Below, piece after piece: positions 1 to 8,550 of a stretch of DNA of 32,000 bases (within the stretch, counting starts at the first letter, position 1; every line of letters starts with the position of its first letter). The notes beneath the pieces were generated by a model, which ran no database searches, was not told the origin of the DNA, and was given only the letters and a program-made list of their open reading frames with translations. Origin of the DNA: Zymomonas mobilis subsp. mobilis ATCC 10988 (GTDB taxonomy: Bacteria > Pseudomonadota > Alphaproteobacteria > Sphingomonadales > Sphingomonadaceae). The stretch is from positions 600,001-632,000 of the forward strand of contig NC_017262.1 of NCBI RefSeq assembly GCF_000175255.2, read 5' to 3'. Both the position numbers and the translations under genes were made by a program.

Positions 1-1761
1 CTCTTCAATACGCGTCCCGATTGGCGCTCTAACATGAAGCGTAATCGATCCGGTATCAATCGACGGGAAGAAATTCCGTCCCAGAAAAGGCGACAGAGTA
101 AAGGACAGAATAACAAAGCCGTAAAAAGCAACAATAAACAGCCATTTTGCGCGCAATGCCTTTTCCAAAAGATGGACATAGCCAAGGCGCATTTTTTCAA
201 AATGATGCTCGAAACCCTGCTGGAAACGGACAAAGATATTCGACGATTTCACCGCATGTTCGGGGTCATGTTTATGCGGAATCGGCTTCAATAAATACAT
301 CGCCAAAGTCGGCACCAAGGTGCGAGACAGCAGGAATGAGGCCAACATCGCAAAGATAACCGACATCCCCATCGGCGCGAACAGGAATCCGGCGATCCCC
401 GGCAAAAAGAACATCGGGACAAAGGGAATACAAATACAAAGCGTTGAAACCAAAGCAGGTGTTGCGATCTGCATCGCCCCGTCAATAATGGCTGGAATAA
501 CGTCTTTGCCATGCTCAAGATGCCAGTTGATATTCTCGATCGTGACGGTGCCGTCATCGACCAAGATACCCACAGCCAGCGCCAATCCTCCCAAGGTCAT
601 GATATTCAGCGTTTGACCAAAGGCCGAAAGCAATCCCAAAGCTGACATAATCGCCAAAGGAATAGAAATAGCGATGATGACCGTTGACCGCCAAGAACCA
701 AGGAACAACATAATCATCAAGCTGGTCAAAACGGCCGCAATCGCCGCTTCTCTAGCTACCCCAGAAATAGCTTCCTGAACAAAAATCGCCTGATTGGTCA
801 AAGCGTCAACCCGCAAAGTGCTGGGCAAGCCAACCAGCAAGCTCGGAATTTTGGCAAGAATACCCGCCGCCACAGAAACAGTCGAAGCCGAACCATTTTT
901 ATACACCGTCAGCAAAACGGAACGTGCGCCATCGACATGGACAACATTCGTCTGCGGAGCGGCACCATCACGCACATGGGCAACATCGCTGACATAAACG
1001 GTCGCACCATTCACGGTTTTAATCGGCAAATGGTTAAGCTGCTCGGTAGAACCCGGCACGTTATTGAGGCGGATATTATACTGATAAGGGCCTATTTTGG
1101 CGAAACCGGCTGGCGTAATCTGGGTCTGTTGAGCAATGGTATTTGAAATATCTTGAGCGGTTAGACCCTTAGATTGCAAAGCATGGGGATCAACGTCAAA
1201 TTGTATCTGACGCACACGCCCACCCCAAGGATAAGGGATAGCCGACCCCGGAACAGTAATAAGACCGGCACGTACGGCGTTAAAACTAAGGTCATTCAGC
1301 TGCTGTTCGGTTAAACCTTTACCATGAACAGAAAGCTGTAAAATCGGAACGGTGGACGCACTATAATTCAGGATAAGCGGAGGGTTGATCCCTCGCGGCA
1401 AAGATCGCAAAACTGTCTGGGCGCTGGCGGTAATCTGGGCATTGGCCAGACGAATATCCGTTCCCGGCTGAAAGAAAATCTTCACAATACCGAAATTGGC
1501 AATCGACATCGCTTCCAGATGGTCAATATTATTGACAACCGTTGTCATCGCTCGCTGGTAAGGCGTATTGATCCGGCTTTGGATGTCATCAGGGGACATC
1601 CCCTGAAACTGCCAAATGACAGCCACAATCGGGATTTTAATATCAGGAAAAATATCGGTCGGTGTTTTAAAGGCGGATAAAATCCCCACAATAAAAATCA
1701 TCACCGCCATAACAATAAAAGTATAAGGGCGACGGAGAGCAATGCGTACCAGCGCGAGCAT
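1..1761 (-). CDS. RND-family efflux transporter permease (AcrB/HAE1-like), N-terminal part; truncated by left window edge
   Basis: Not in the supplied ORF track (open-ended). Manual reverse translation from ATG at 1761 gives MLALVRIALRRPYTFIVM..., and sampled blocks are in the same phase to position 1 (PLAIMSALGLLSAFGQTLNI; IDTGSITLHVRAPIGTRIEE), typical of RND pumps. Confidence 0.92.
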   Translation of the reverse strand, partial: MLALVRIALRRPYTFIVMAVMIFIVGILSAFKTPTDIFPDIKIPIVAVIWQFQGMSPDDIQSRINTPYQRAMTTVVNNIDHLEAMSIANFGIVKIFFQPGTDIRLANAQITASAQTVLRSLPRGINPPLILNYSASTVPILQLSVHGKGLTEQQLNDLSFNAVRAGLITVPGSAIPYPWGGRVRQIQFDVDPHALQSKGLTAQDISNTIAQQTQITPAGFAKIGPYQYNIRLNNVPGSTEQLNHLPIKTVNGATVYVSDVAHVRDGAAPQTNVVHVDGARSVLLTVYKNGSASTVSVAAGILAKIPSLLVGLPSTLRVDALTNQAIFVQEAISGVAREAAIAAVLTSLMIMLFLGSWRSTVIIAISIPLAIMSALGLLSAFGQTLNIMTLGGLALAVGILVDDGTVTIENINWHLEHGKDVIPAIIDGAMQIATPALVSTLCICIPFVPMFFLPGIAGFLFAPMGMSVIFAMLASFLLSRTLVPTLAMYLLKPIPHKHDPEHAVKSSNIFVRFQQGFEHHFEKMRLGYVHLLEKALRAKWLFIVAFYGFVILSFTLSPFLGRNFFPSIDTGSITLHVRAPIGTRIEE

Positions 1762-2028
1762 AAGCGGTGTTCCAGATCGTTGATACGGATGTCTGTTTGA
1801 TTTGCTTTTCTAAAAATCAAACAGAAGCAAAAAATAACGCGTCGTTGTAATTGTTTTACAGCCTATTTATGTCTGATATGCAACGTTAAATTTTCAATTT
1901 TAAATGTTAAATTTTTTTAGATCATGCCCAGTCGAATATCATAGCTGGCATTTTCTATTTAGCCCATCCTATAGCATATTTATGCCTTTTAAAGGGCAAA
2001 AGCGGCATAATAAAAGGGATAATTCACT

Positions 2029-2712
2029 ATGCCAACGACCTCCCATTCAGGAAAAATGCCCCTAGAAGCGACGGTTATTCCAGTTACGCCTCTACGTCAA
2101 AATTGCAGTTTGCTTTATTGCGTAGAAACAATGAAGGGTGCCATCGTTGATCCGGGTGGTGATATCCCTCTCATTCTTGATTCTATCACGAAAAAACAGG
2201 TCACGGTTGAAAAGATTCTTATCACCCATGGCCATTTTGACCATTGCGGCGGAGCAGCCGCTCTCAGCCAGATTCTTGGCTGCCCCATTATCGGGCCTCA
2301 TCCTGATGATCAGTTCTGGATTGACCAAATTCCTGAAAATGCACAACAATATGGCTTTGAAGGTGAAAGTTTTACCCCCGACCAGTGGTTAAAAGACAAA
2401 GATGAAATCACGCTTGGAGAAGAACGGCTTTTAGTGCGGCATTGTCCAGGACATACACCGGGGCATGTCGTTTTTTACAACGCTGCTTCACATTTAGCGA
2501 TTGTTGGTGATGTTCTGTTTCGGAATTCAATAGGGCGCAGTGACTTTGCGGGAGGCGATCATCAAGCCTTAATTCAATCTATCACCGAAAAATTATGGCC
2601 GATGGGACGCGAAACCGTCTTTATTCCGGGTCATGGCCGTCCCTCCACTTTCGGGGCAGAAAGGGATCATAACCCCTTTGTGGCAGATTCGGTGCTAGGT
2701 CTTATGCCCTGA
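2029..2712 (+). CDS. MBL-fold metallo-hydrolase (glyoxalase II-like / YcbL-like)
   Basis: 227 aa ORF with the THGHFDHCGG zinc-binding motif and NSIGRSDFAGGDH and PGHGRPS blocks. Confidence 0.92.
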   Translation: MPTTSHSGKMPLEATVIPVTPLRQNCSLLYCVETMKGAIVDPGGDIPLILDSITKKQVTVEKILITHGHFDHCGGAAALSQILGCPIIGPHPDDQFWIDQIPENAQQYGFEGESFTPDQWLKDKDEITLGEERLLVRHCPGHTPGHVVFYNAASHLAIVGDVLFRNSIGRSDFAGGDHQALIQSITEKLWPMGRETVFIPGHGRPSTFGAERDHNPFVADSVLGLMP

Positions 2713-2726
2713 TATAATCAGGGCAT
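2704..2726. repeat. Perfect 10-bp inverted repeat (ATGCCCTGAT-ATA-ATCAGGGCAT) between convergent genes; possible transcript 3' end structure
   Basis: Read directly; overlaps the stop codon (2710-2712) of the MBL gene. No clean T-tract directly adjacent. Confidence 0.6.
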
Positions 2727-2742
2727 CAAAACGACCTAAATT

Positions 2743-3369
2743 TTATTGCTTCCACGCCCAATAAAGTTGGGCTGGGGGAATATTGATCCATTCCATCTCA
2801 TGATCGATATCAGAGAAAACGGGATCAAGAAAATTTTTCACCTTAGGTGAAAATTGATAAACCAGAAAAGCCCCCCCTTTTCTCAAAGCCGCGCCGGTTT
2901 CATGGGCAATGGTCGCACCAACGCCCTCTGGCAAGGTCGAAAAAGGCAGTCCTGACAAGATATAATCGGCATTATCAAAACCATGGGCTTTGATAATCGA
3001 GCGAACATCCGCCGCAGATCCATTCACAGCGATAAAACGCGGATCTTTGATCGTGCTTTTAAGATAGGCAACAAAATCAGGATTGGTGTCTATCGCGATC
3101 AAGGTCGCATCCGGTGCCATCCGGCTCAAAACATGGGGACAAAAAGTCCCGACACCTGGGCCATATTCAACAAATAATTTGGTATTGCTCCAGTCGGTTT
3201 TAGACAACATCCGGTGAATCAGTTTCTGCGATGACGGAATTATTGATCCCACCATCACCGGATGCTTCAGAAATCCTTGAAAAAATATAGCAAAAGGGTT
3301 TGGCCGTTTTTGGGCTTTTTGGCGGCCATGAACCCCTTTCAAGGTATCATCTGCGGAAGATCCTGTCAT
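2743..3369 (-). CDS. Class I SAM-dependent methyltransferase (phospholipid N-methyltransferase / rRNA adenine dimethylase-like)
   Basis: 208 aa ORF; HPVMVGSIIPSS, VEYGPGVGTFCPHVL (SAM-binding motif I) and YILSGLPFSTLP. Confidence 0.82.
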   Translation of the reverse strand: MTGSSADDTLKGVHGRQKAQKRPNPFAIFFQGFLKHPVMVGSIIPSSQKLIHRMLSKTDWSNTKLFVEYGPGVGTFCPHVLSRMAPDATLIAIDTNPDFVAYLKSTIKDPRFIAVNGSAADVRSIIKAHGFDNADYILSGLPFSTLPEGVGATIAHETGAALRKGGAFLVYQFSPKVKNFLDPVFSDIDHEMEWINIPPAQLYWAWKQ

Positions 3370-3630
3370 CGCTACTCCAAAACTTATTGACTATCTTGGG
3401 CAGGGCTTGCCCGCAAAGGCCTTTCGTTCGCACAAATTATGCGGGGAAGGCAAGCGTTGCTAGCAATTATTTGTCGAAAATCAGGGGTAAATTTTAAACT
3501 TACAGGCAATTATTTTTATCAAAAATAGCTAAGACGAGAAAAAGTAGGACAATATTAAGACTCTTTCCCTAGCAATGCAGCATTAAAAAATCTCTACGGC
3601 TCTGCATAGAAATATAAATTGTCACCGTTG

Positions 3631-3666
3631 TCAGAATAAAAAAAAGGTCGGTCTTAACGACCGACC
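3631..3666 (-). terminator. Rho-independent terminator for a minus-strand transcript
   Basis: GGTCGGTC (3646-3653) / loop TTAAC / GACCGACC (3659-3666). On the minus strand the 8-bp stem is followed by a T-run (complement of the A-run around 3638-3645). Confidence 0.8.
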
Positions 3667-3701
3667 GTAGTATTAGGAGAGGATGCCTGAAAGGCACTTT
3701 C

Positions 3702-3866
3702 TTAATGAGCGATTCCCAGAAAAAAGGCAATTGCTAAAAAATATCTTGCAATTGCATTTTTTGCAACGACAAATAGGCTAAAATAGCAATGATACCGTAG
3801 GACATGCAGAAAATGAAACCATAAGCCCCCCATAATGGCTCTTTTTTTATCCCCAAAAACTTTCAT
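3702..3866 (-). CDS. Candidate small membrane-protein ORF (54 aa), low certainty
   Basis: Manual translation: MKVFGDKKRAIMGGLWFHFLHVLRYHCYFSLFVVAKNAIARYFLAIAFFLGIAH*, ending upstream of the minus-strand terminator. An overlapping frame with a TTG start (...GIKKEPLWGAYGFIFCMSYGIIAILAYLSLQKMQLQDIF*) is an alternative. Confidence 0.3.
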   Translation of the reverse strand: MKVFGDKKRAIMGGLWFHFLHVLRYHCYFSLFVVAKNAIARYFLAIAFFLGIAH

Positions 3867-3896
3867 TTTTCATAATAAAGTTAGGAAAAAACACGC

Positions 3897-4796
3897 ATGC
3901 GCAGGTTACCGCCCCTAACGGCCATTGAAGCTTTTGTGCAGGTAGCCCGTCTGGGATCAATCAAAGCCGCTGCTGAAGCCCTCTCGCTTTCTTCTCCGGC
4001 TCTAAGCCGCCGGATTCAGCAATTAGAAAGATTTGTTAATAGACGGCTTTTTATCAGACAGCATCAGGCCATGCGGCTTAATGGTGACGGGGAAACGCTT
4101 TATCATCGTCTAGGGCCCGCGCTCGATATTCTGGCCGAGGCCGTCGAAATCTCGACCAGCGGTGGACATGAATTATTGCGTTTAAGATTAGGAGTTCCGC
4201 CCCTTTACGCCTCACAAAAATTGATAAAACGCATCACCCATCTGCGACAACATCACAAAGAACTGCATATTGATGTCGATACCGCTCCTTATGCACTTTC
4301 TCGCCTTGGGGAAGGCCTTGATGCCGTGATAACTTTGGCGCGGGATATTGATCCCGCTTTTTATTCTTACAGGCTCGGCTTTAATAAAATCATGCTTTTT
4401 GCGGCACCCGAATTTGTTGAAGGGGAAAATGCGCTCAAGCATCCCGAAGATTTAGCGAAAACGACTTTGTTTTTACATCGGGACATGCCGGATAATTTCA
4501 CAACATGGCGCGAAGCCATCGGCCTTCCTAAATTGGAACCGGCAGCCATCGACTTTTTTGATTCTGGACAATTGATGCTGGATGCCGCCGCTGGGGGTAT
4601 GGGAATCGCCTGTCTTTTGGATTGTAATTACAAAGGACAATATAAAACGAGCCTAAGACCCATTTTCAGCAGCAATATAGATAGCCCTTATAGCTATTGG
4701 TTTGCTTGCCGTCGCGCTTCATTGGGACGGCGACCCGTTCGACTATTTCACGAATGGCTCACTAACCCGCCCAAAGAAGAAACAAGGGCGGGTTAG
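3897..4796 (+). CDS. LysR-family transcriptional regulator (GcvA-like)
   Basis: 299 aa; N-terminal HTH LTAIEAFVQVARLGSIKAAAEALSLSSPALSRRIQQLE. Confidence 0.93.
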   Translation: MRRLPPLTAIEAFVQVARLGSIKAAAEALSLSSPALSRRIQQLERFVNRRLFIRQHQAMRLNGDGETLYHRLGPALDILAEAVEISTSGGHELLRLRLGVPPLYASQKLIKRITHLRQHHKELHIDVDTAPYALSRLGEGLDAVITLARDIDPAFYSYRLGFNKIMLFAAPEFVEGENALKHPEDLAKTTLFLHRDMPDNFTTWREAIGLPKLEPAAIDFFDSGQLMLDAAAGGMGIACLLDCNYKGQYKTSLRPIFSSNIDSPYSYWFACRRASLGRRPVRLFHEWLTNPPKEETRAG

Positions 4797-4806
4797 AAGA
4801 GGATAA

Positions 4807-5274
4807 TTATTTATCAGCCGCAATACGGACTTTGATAATCTTACCGGGATTCGCAGGCGGTTCACCCTTCGGCAAAGCGTCAATATGCTCCATCCCTTCG
4901 ATCACTTCACCCCAAACGCTATATTGGCGATCAAGGAAAGTGGCATCACCAAAGCAGATGAAAAACTGGCTGTTGGCAGAATGCGGATAAGAGGTGCGTG
5001 CCATCGAGCAGACACCACGGATATGTTTGGCATCGGAAAATTCAGCCTGAAGATCCGGTTTGTCAGAACCTGACATGCCAGTTCCCGTCGGGTCGCCGCC
5101 CTGCGCCATAAAGCCCGGAATAACCCGATGGAAAACAATACCATCATAGAAGCCTTCACGGGTCAGCTCTTTGATGCGCTCGACATGCTTGGGGGCTAAA
5201 TCAGGACGCAACCGAATCGTTACGTCACCACCATCCACCGTCATAATCAAAAGATTTTCGGGATCATCAGCCAT
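4807..5274 (-). CDS. Cyclophilin-type peptidyl-prolyl cis-trans isomerase
   Basis: FHRVIPGFMAQGGDPTGTGMSG and NSQFFICFGDATFLDRQYSVWGEVIEGM. Start chosen at MADDPENL (5274); the ORF is open to 5304. Confidence 0.95.
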   Translation of the reverse strand: MADDPENLLIMTVDGGDVTIRLRPDLAPKHVERIKELTREGFYDGIVFHRVIPGFMAQGGDPTGTGMSGSDKPDLQAEFSDAKHIRGVCSMARTSYPHSANSQFFICFGDATFLDRQYSVWGEVIEGMEHIDALPKGEPPANPGKIIKVRIAADK

Positions 5275-5486
5275 ATTCCGGCCTCCTTCATCGAAAAATA
5301 ACAAGAGCTTTTAGTTAGGCGGTAAGTGATAGAGATGCCAGCCTTTTTCCCTGAGCAAAGAATATGATAAGGGGCTGTCACATAAATCTAAATAACATTG
5401 GTTAGAATAAAGGGTCTTTTTATTTTCAACAGAAAGCAGAGCATCCGGCAATCGGGCAGGATAATATCCGAAGGGAGGAAGCGGAT

Positions 5487-6962
5487 ATGAAAAAATCGAC
5501 AATAGACAATGCAGAAACTGCCATGGACGAACAGGAAAAAAACGGCCTTGCGCCCGATCAACCGGATTCTTTGGAAGAAAGAGGATCGTCTATTCCCAAT
5601 AGTCAGGAAGAAGAAAACCGCCTTGCCTCCGAATTTGTTCGGCAAATTGTCTCACTCATAGAAGAAGGCGATAATCAGGCCGTTTATGACATGGTGGCAC
5701 CGCTTCATCCTGCGGATATTGCCGAATTATTTGCTCAAGCTCCTGTTGAAATTCGTCGTCCTTTAGCGGCGGCCATCACCGATTTGATGAGTGGTGAAGT
5801 CATTTCCGAAATGAACGAATGGGTTCGGGAAGATTTGCTTAAATCCCTAACCGGACAGGAAGTGGCGAATATCATCGCCCAGCTTGATCTTGATGATGCG
5901 GTGGTTATCGTCAGCGAGCTGGACGCACAAAAACAGCAAGAAACGTTACAGGCCTTATCTTCCGAAGACAGAGCCGCGATCGAGCGCGCGCTGTCTTTCC
6001 CGCTGGAATCTGCGGGACGGATGATGCAACGCAATCTTGTGGCGGTGCATGAGAATATGAGCGTTGGCGATGTCATTCATTATCTGCGCCAAAATGATGA
6101 TCTGACGACCGATTTTTGGGAAGTCTTTGTCGTTGACCCATCCCATCGACCGATAGGCACCTGTAAATTATCAAAATTACTCCGAATGCCGCGTCATGCC
6201 CTGATACAGGATATTATGCAGCCGGAACAAACCCTCATTCCGGTCACCATGGATCAGGAAGAGGTTGCCTTACGTTTCCAAAAATACGGGTTGATATCCG
6301 CCGCCGTTGTCGATGAATCCGGCCGCCTTGTCGGTATGATTACGGTTGATGATATTATCCATATCATCAGGGACGAAGCCGATGAAGATATCCTGAAACT
6401 TTCCGGTGCCGGTGATGGCGATATCAACGAACCGGTTCTTGATAGTTATAAAAGTCGGGTGCGCTGGTTGATTACCAATCTTGGCACCGCCTTGGTGGCG
6501 TCAACCATTATCGGCTTTTTTGAAGGCACCATTGCCCGCATGGTCGAATTGGCAACTCTGATGCCGATTGTCGCCGGTGTCGGCGGCAATGCCGGATCAC
6601 AAACGATGGCCGTCACCGTTCGCGCCTTGGCAACCAATCAGCTTACCGCTTCCAACTGCGTCCGCTCTATCACTCGTGAATTACGGATTGCATTGTTAAA
6701 CGGTTTAACCGTGGCTTGTGTCTTGGGGGCTGGCACATGGCTAGTCTTCCATAATGTCTTGCTGACAGAAGTTATCGCCTTAGCCATTATGAGCAATATC
6801 ATCATTGGCGGATTGGCCGGCGTGTTGGTGCCTCTCACCTTTGACCGCGCAGGCAGCGATCCTGCGGTGGCATCCTCTATTTTTGTGACTATGACAACCG
6901 ATGCGATGGGCTTCCTTACATTTTTGGGATTGGCCACGGTCAGCGGTCTAACAGGTGCCTAA
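5487..6962 (+). CDS. mgtE: Magnesium transporter MgtE
   Basis: 491 aa; MgtE_N domain (LHPADIAELFAQ), two CBS domains, and membrane domain with PIVAGVGGNAGSQTMAVTVRAL. Good GGAGGA ribosome-binding site upstream. Confidence 0.96.
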   Translation: MKKSTIDNAETAMDEQEKNGLAPDQPDSLEERGSSIPNSQEEENRLASEFVRQIVSLIEEGDNQAVYDMVAPLHPADIAELFAQAPVEIRRPLAAAITDLMSGEVISEMNEWVREDLLKSLTGQEVANIIAQLDLDDAVVIVSELDAQKQQETLQALSSEDRAAIERALSFPLESAGRMMQRNLVAVHENMSVGDVIHYLRQNDDLTTDFWEVFVVDPSHRPIGTCKLSKLLRMPRHALIQDIMQPEQTLIPVTMDQEEVALRFQKYGLISAAVVDESGRLVGMITVDDIIHIIRDEADEDILKLSGAGDGDINEPVLDSYKSRVRWLITNLGTALVASTIIGFFEGTIARMVELATLMPIVAGVGGNAGSQTMAVTVRALATNQLTASNCVRSITRELRIALLNGLTVACVLGAGTWLVFHNVLLTEVIALAIMSNIIIGGLAGVLVPLTFDRAGSDPAVASSIFVTMTTDAMGFLTFLGLATVSGLTGA

Positions 6963-6985
6963 CGCCCGCCCCAAATAGATTCCAT

Positions 6986-7025
6986 TAAAAAAGCAGGTCT
7001 CTCATAAAGGGAGCCTGCTTTTTTC
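6986..7025. terminator. Bidirectional rho-independent terminator between mgtE and mnmA
   Basis: AAAAAAGCAGG...CCTGCTTTTTT hairpin between convergent genes. Confidence 0.85.
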
Positions 7026-7044
7026 ATAGAATAATCAAATAAAA

Positions 7045-8157
7045 TTATTCGGCCAAATCATCAAAGACGGCTGGAGTCGTCTCTTTAATCCAACCCCCTC
7101 CCAAAACTTGGTCACCATCATAGAAAACAGCCGCCTGCCCTGGTGAAACACCATATTCCGGCTTTTCAAATACCAATTCTTTACCATCAAAACGGGCTGA
7201 TACTGGCTTGGCCGCTGAACGGATTTTAACCTGCATCTCGCGATCAAAACCATCGACCAACCAATTCACTTCCTTGATCTCAGCTTTCGCCACAGCCAAA
7301 GCCTGACGCGGGCCTACAACCAGTTGTTTTTTCGCCGGATCAAGTCGAATAACGTAGAGGGGTTCTTTCTGACCGCCAATTTCCAAACCTCGTCGTTGCC
7401 CCACTGTAAAATGGATCAATCCCGAATGTTTGCCCAAAACACGGCCTTGCATATCGACGATATCACCCCCCTGCCCTGATTCTGGACATTTTTCTTCGAC
7501 AATACGGGCGTAATCACCATCGGGAACGAAACAGATATCCTGACTATCGGCTTTCATCGCCACAGACAGACCTAATTCAGCGGCCATCTCTCGCACTTTC
7601 GGCTTGGGTAAACCACCTAAAGGAAAACGCAGATAATCTAGCTGCTCTTTTGTCGTCGCAAAAAGAAAATAACTTTGATCGCGCGCAGGATCTAAAGCAC
7701 GATGCATTTCCACCCGATCATTATTGACCAAACGACGGACATAATGTCCCGTTGCCAAACAATCGGCACCCAATTCACGGGCAACATTTAAAAGATCAGT
7801 AAATTTTACCCCTTGATTGCAACGAATGCACGGCACAGGCGTGCGACCGGCAACATATTCGGAAACGAAATCGTCAATCACGCTTTCTTTGAAATTATTT
7901 TCATAGTCAAAAACGTAATGGGGAATACCGATTTTTTCAGCAACCGCGCGGGCATCACGAATATCCTTACCGGCGCAACAGCTTCCCTTCCGTCCGACAG
8001 CCGCCCCATGGTCATAAAGCTGGAGTGTAATACCAATAGTTTCAGCACCCGTTGCTTTCGCCAAAGCTGCAACGACCGAACTATCGACACCGCCTGACAT
8101 CGCAACAACAATACGTTGTGCTGATTTTGGCTTATCAATCTGAAAATCAATGGACAT
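7045..8157 (-). CDS. mnmA: tRNA-specific 2-thiouridylase MnmA
   Basis: [17 protein letters not shown]-loop; [10 protein letters not shown]; [11 protein letters not shown]; [10 protein letters not shown]. Start taken at MSIDFQ (8157); ORF open to 8196. Confidence 0.96.
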   Translation of the reverse strand: MSIDFQIDKPKSAQRIVVAMSGGVDSSVVAALAKATGAETIGITLQLYDHGAAVGRKGSCCAGKDIRDARAVAEKIGIPHYVFDYENNFKESVIDDFVSEYVAGRTPVPCIRCNQGVKFTDLLNVARELGADCLATGHYVRRLVNNDRVEMHRALDPARDQSYFLFATTKEQLDYLRFPLGGLPKPKVREMAAELGLSVAMKADSQDICFVPDGDYARIVEEKCPESGQGGDIVDMQGRVLGKHSGLIHFTVGQRRGLEIGGQKEPLYVIRLDPAKKQLVVGPRQALAVAKAEIKEVNWLVDGFDREMQVKIRSAAKPVSARFDGKELVFEKPEYGVSPGQAAVFYDGDQVLGGGWIKETTPAVFDDLAE

Positions 8158-8270
8158 AAGAATTTTGCCTATAACACTCCTGATAACAGGGCGCATATCT
8201 GTTTAAGAAGAAAAAAGCTGGTATGATGCGTTATCTGTTTTAACCGGAATATGAAAGACAAGGCATCTCT

Positions 8271-8525
8271 TTGATGAAAAATGATGTAAATTTTTCCGAA
8301 GAAAGCATCGAAATCTTCAAAATTTTATCTGAACGGTTAACCACAGGGCAAAAGGATAGCCCTACCGCGCAGGCCGAAAGAAAAAGACAATCTTTCGCTG
8401 ACAAGCCTTCTTCTGTCACGGCGCTAATAGAATTACTGACGCAAGAGGAAGGAACACAGACAAGTTTTCTCGAAATTCTAGACGGGCATTTTAACCCTGA
8501 TGCCTTAAAAACATCCCAGATATGA
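8271..8525 (+). CDS. Hypothetical protein (84 aa)
   Basis: Isolated ORF divergent from mnmA and fitting the intergenic space; no family recognised. Confidence 0.5.
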   Translation: MMKNDVNFSEESIEIFKILSERLTTGQKDSPTAQAERKRQSFADKPSSVTALIELLTQEEGTQTSFLEILDGHFNPDALKTSQI

Positions 8526-8550
8526 AAAAACTTGTCCTTTCCAAATCTTT

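Noticed and set aside
34-1146. Several short plus-strand ORFs and a minus-strand ORF in the track over the left edge
   Set aside because: They lie antisense or out of frame to the continuous RND transporter frame running 1761 to 1 on the minus strand.
5311-5502. 63-aa minus-strand ORF upstream of mgtE
   Set aside because: Overlaps the mgtE start region, no recognisable family and no supporting signal; most likely chance.
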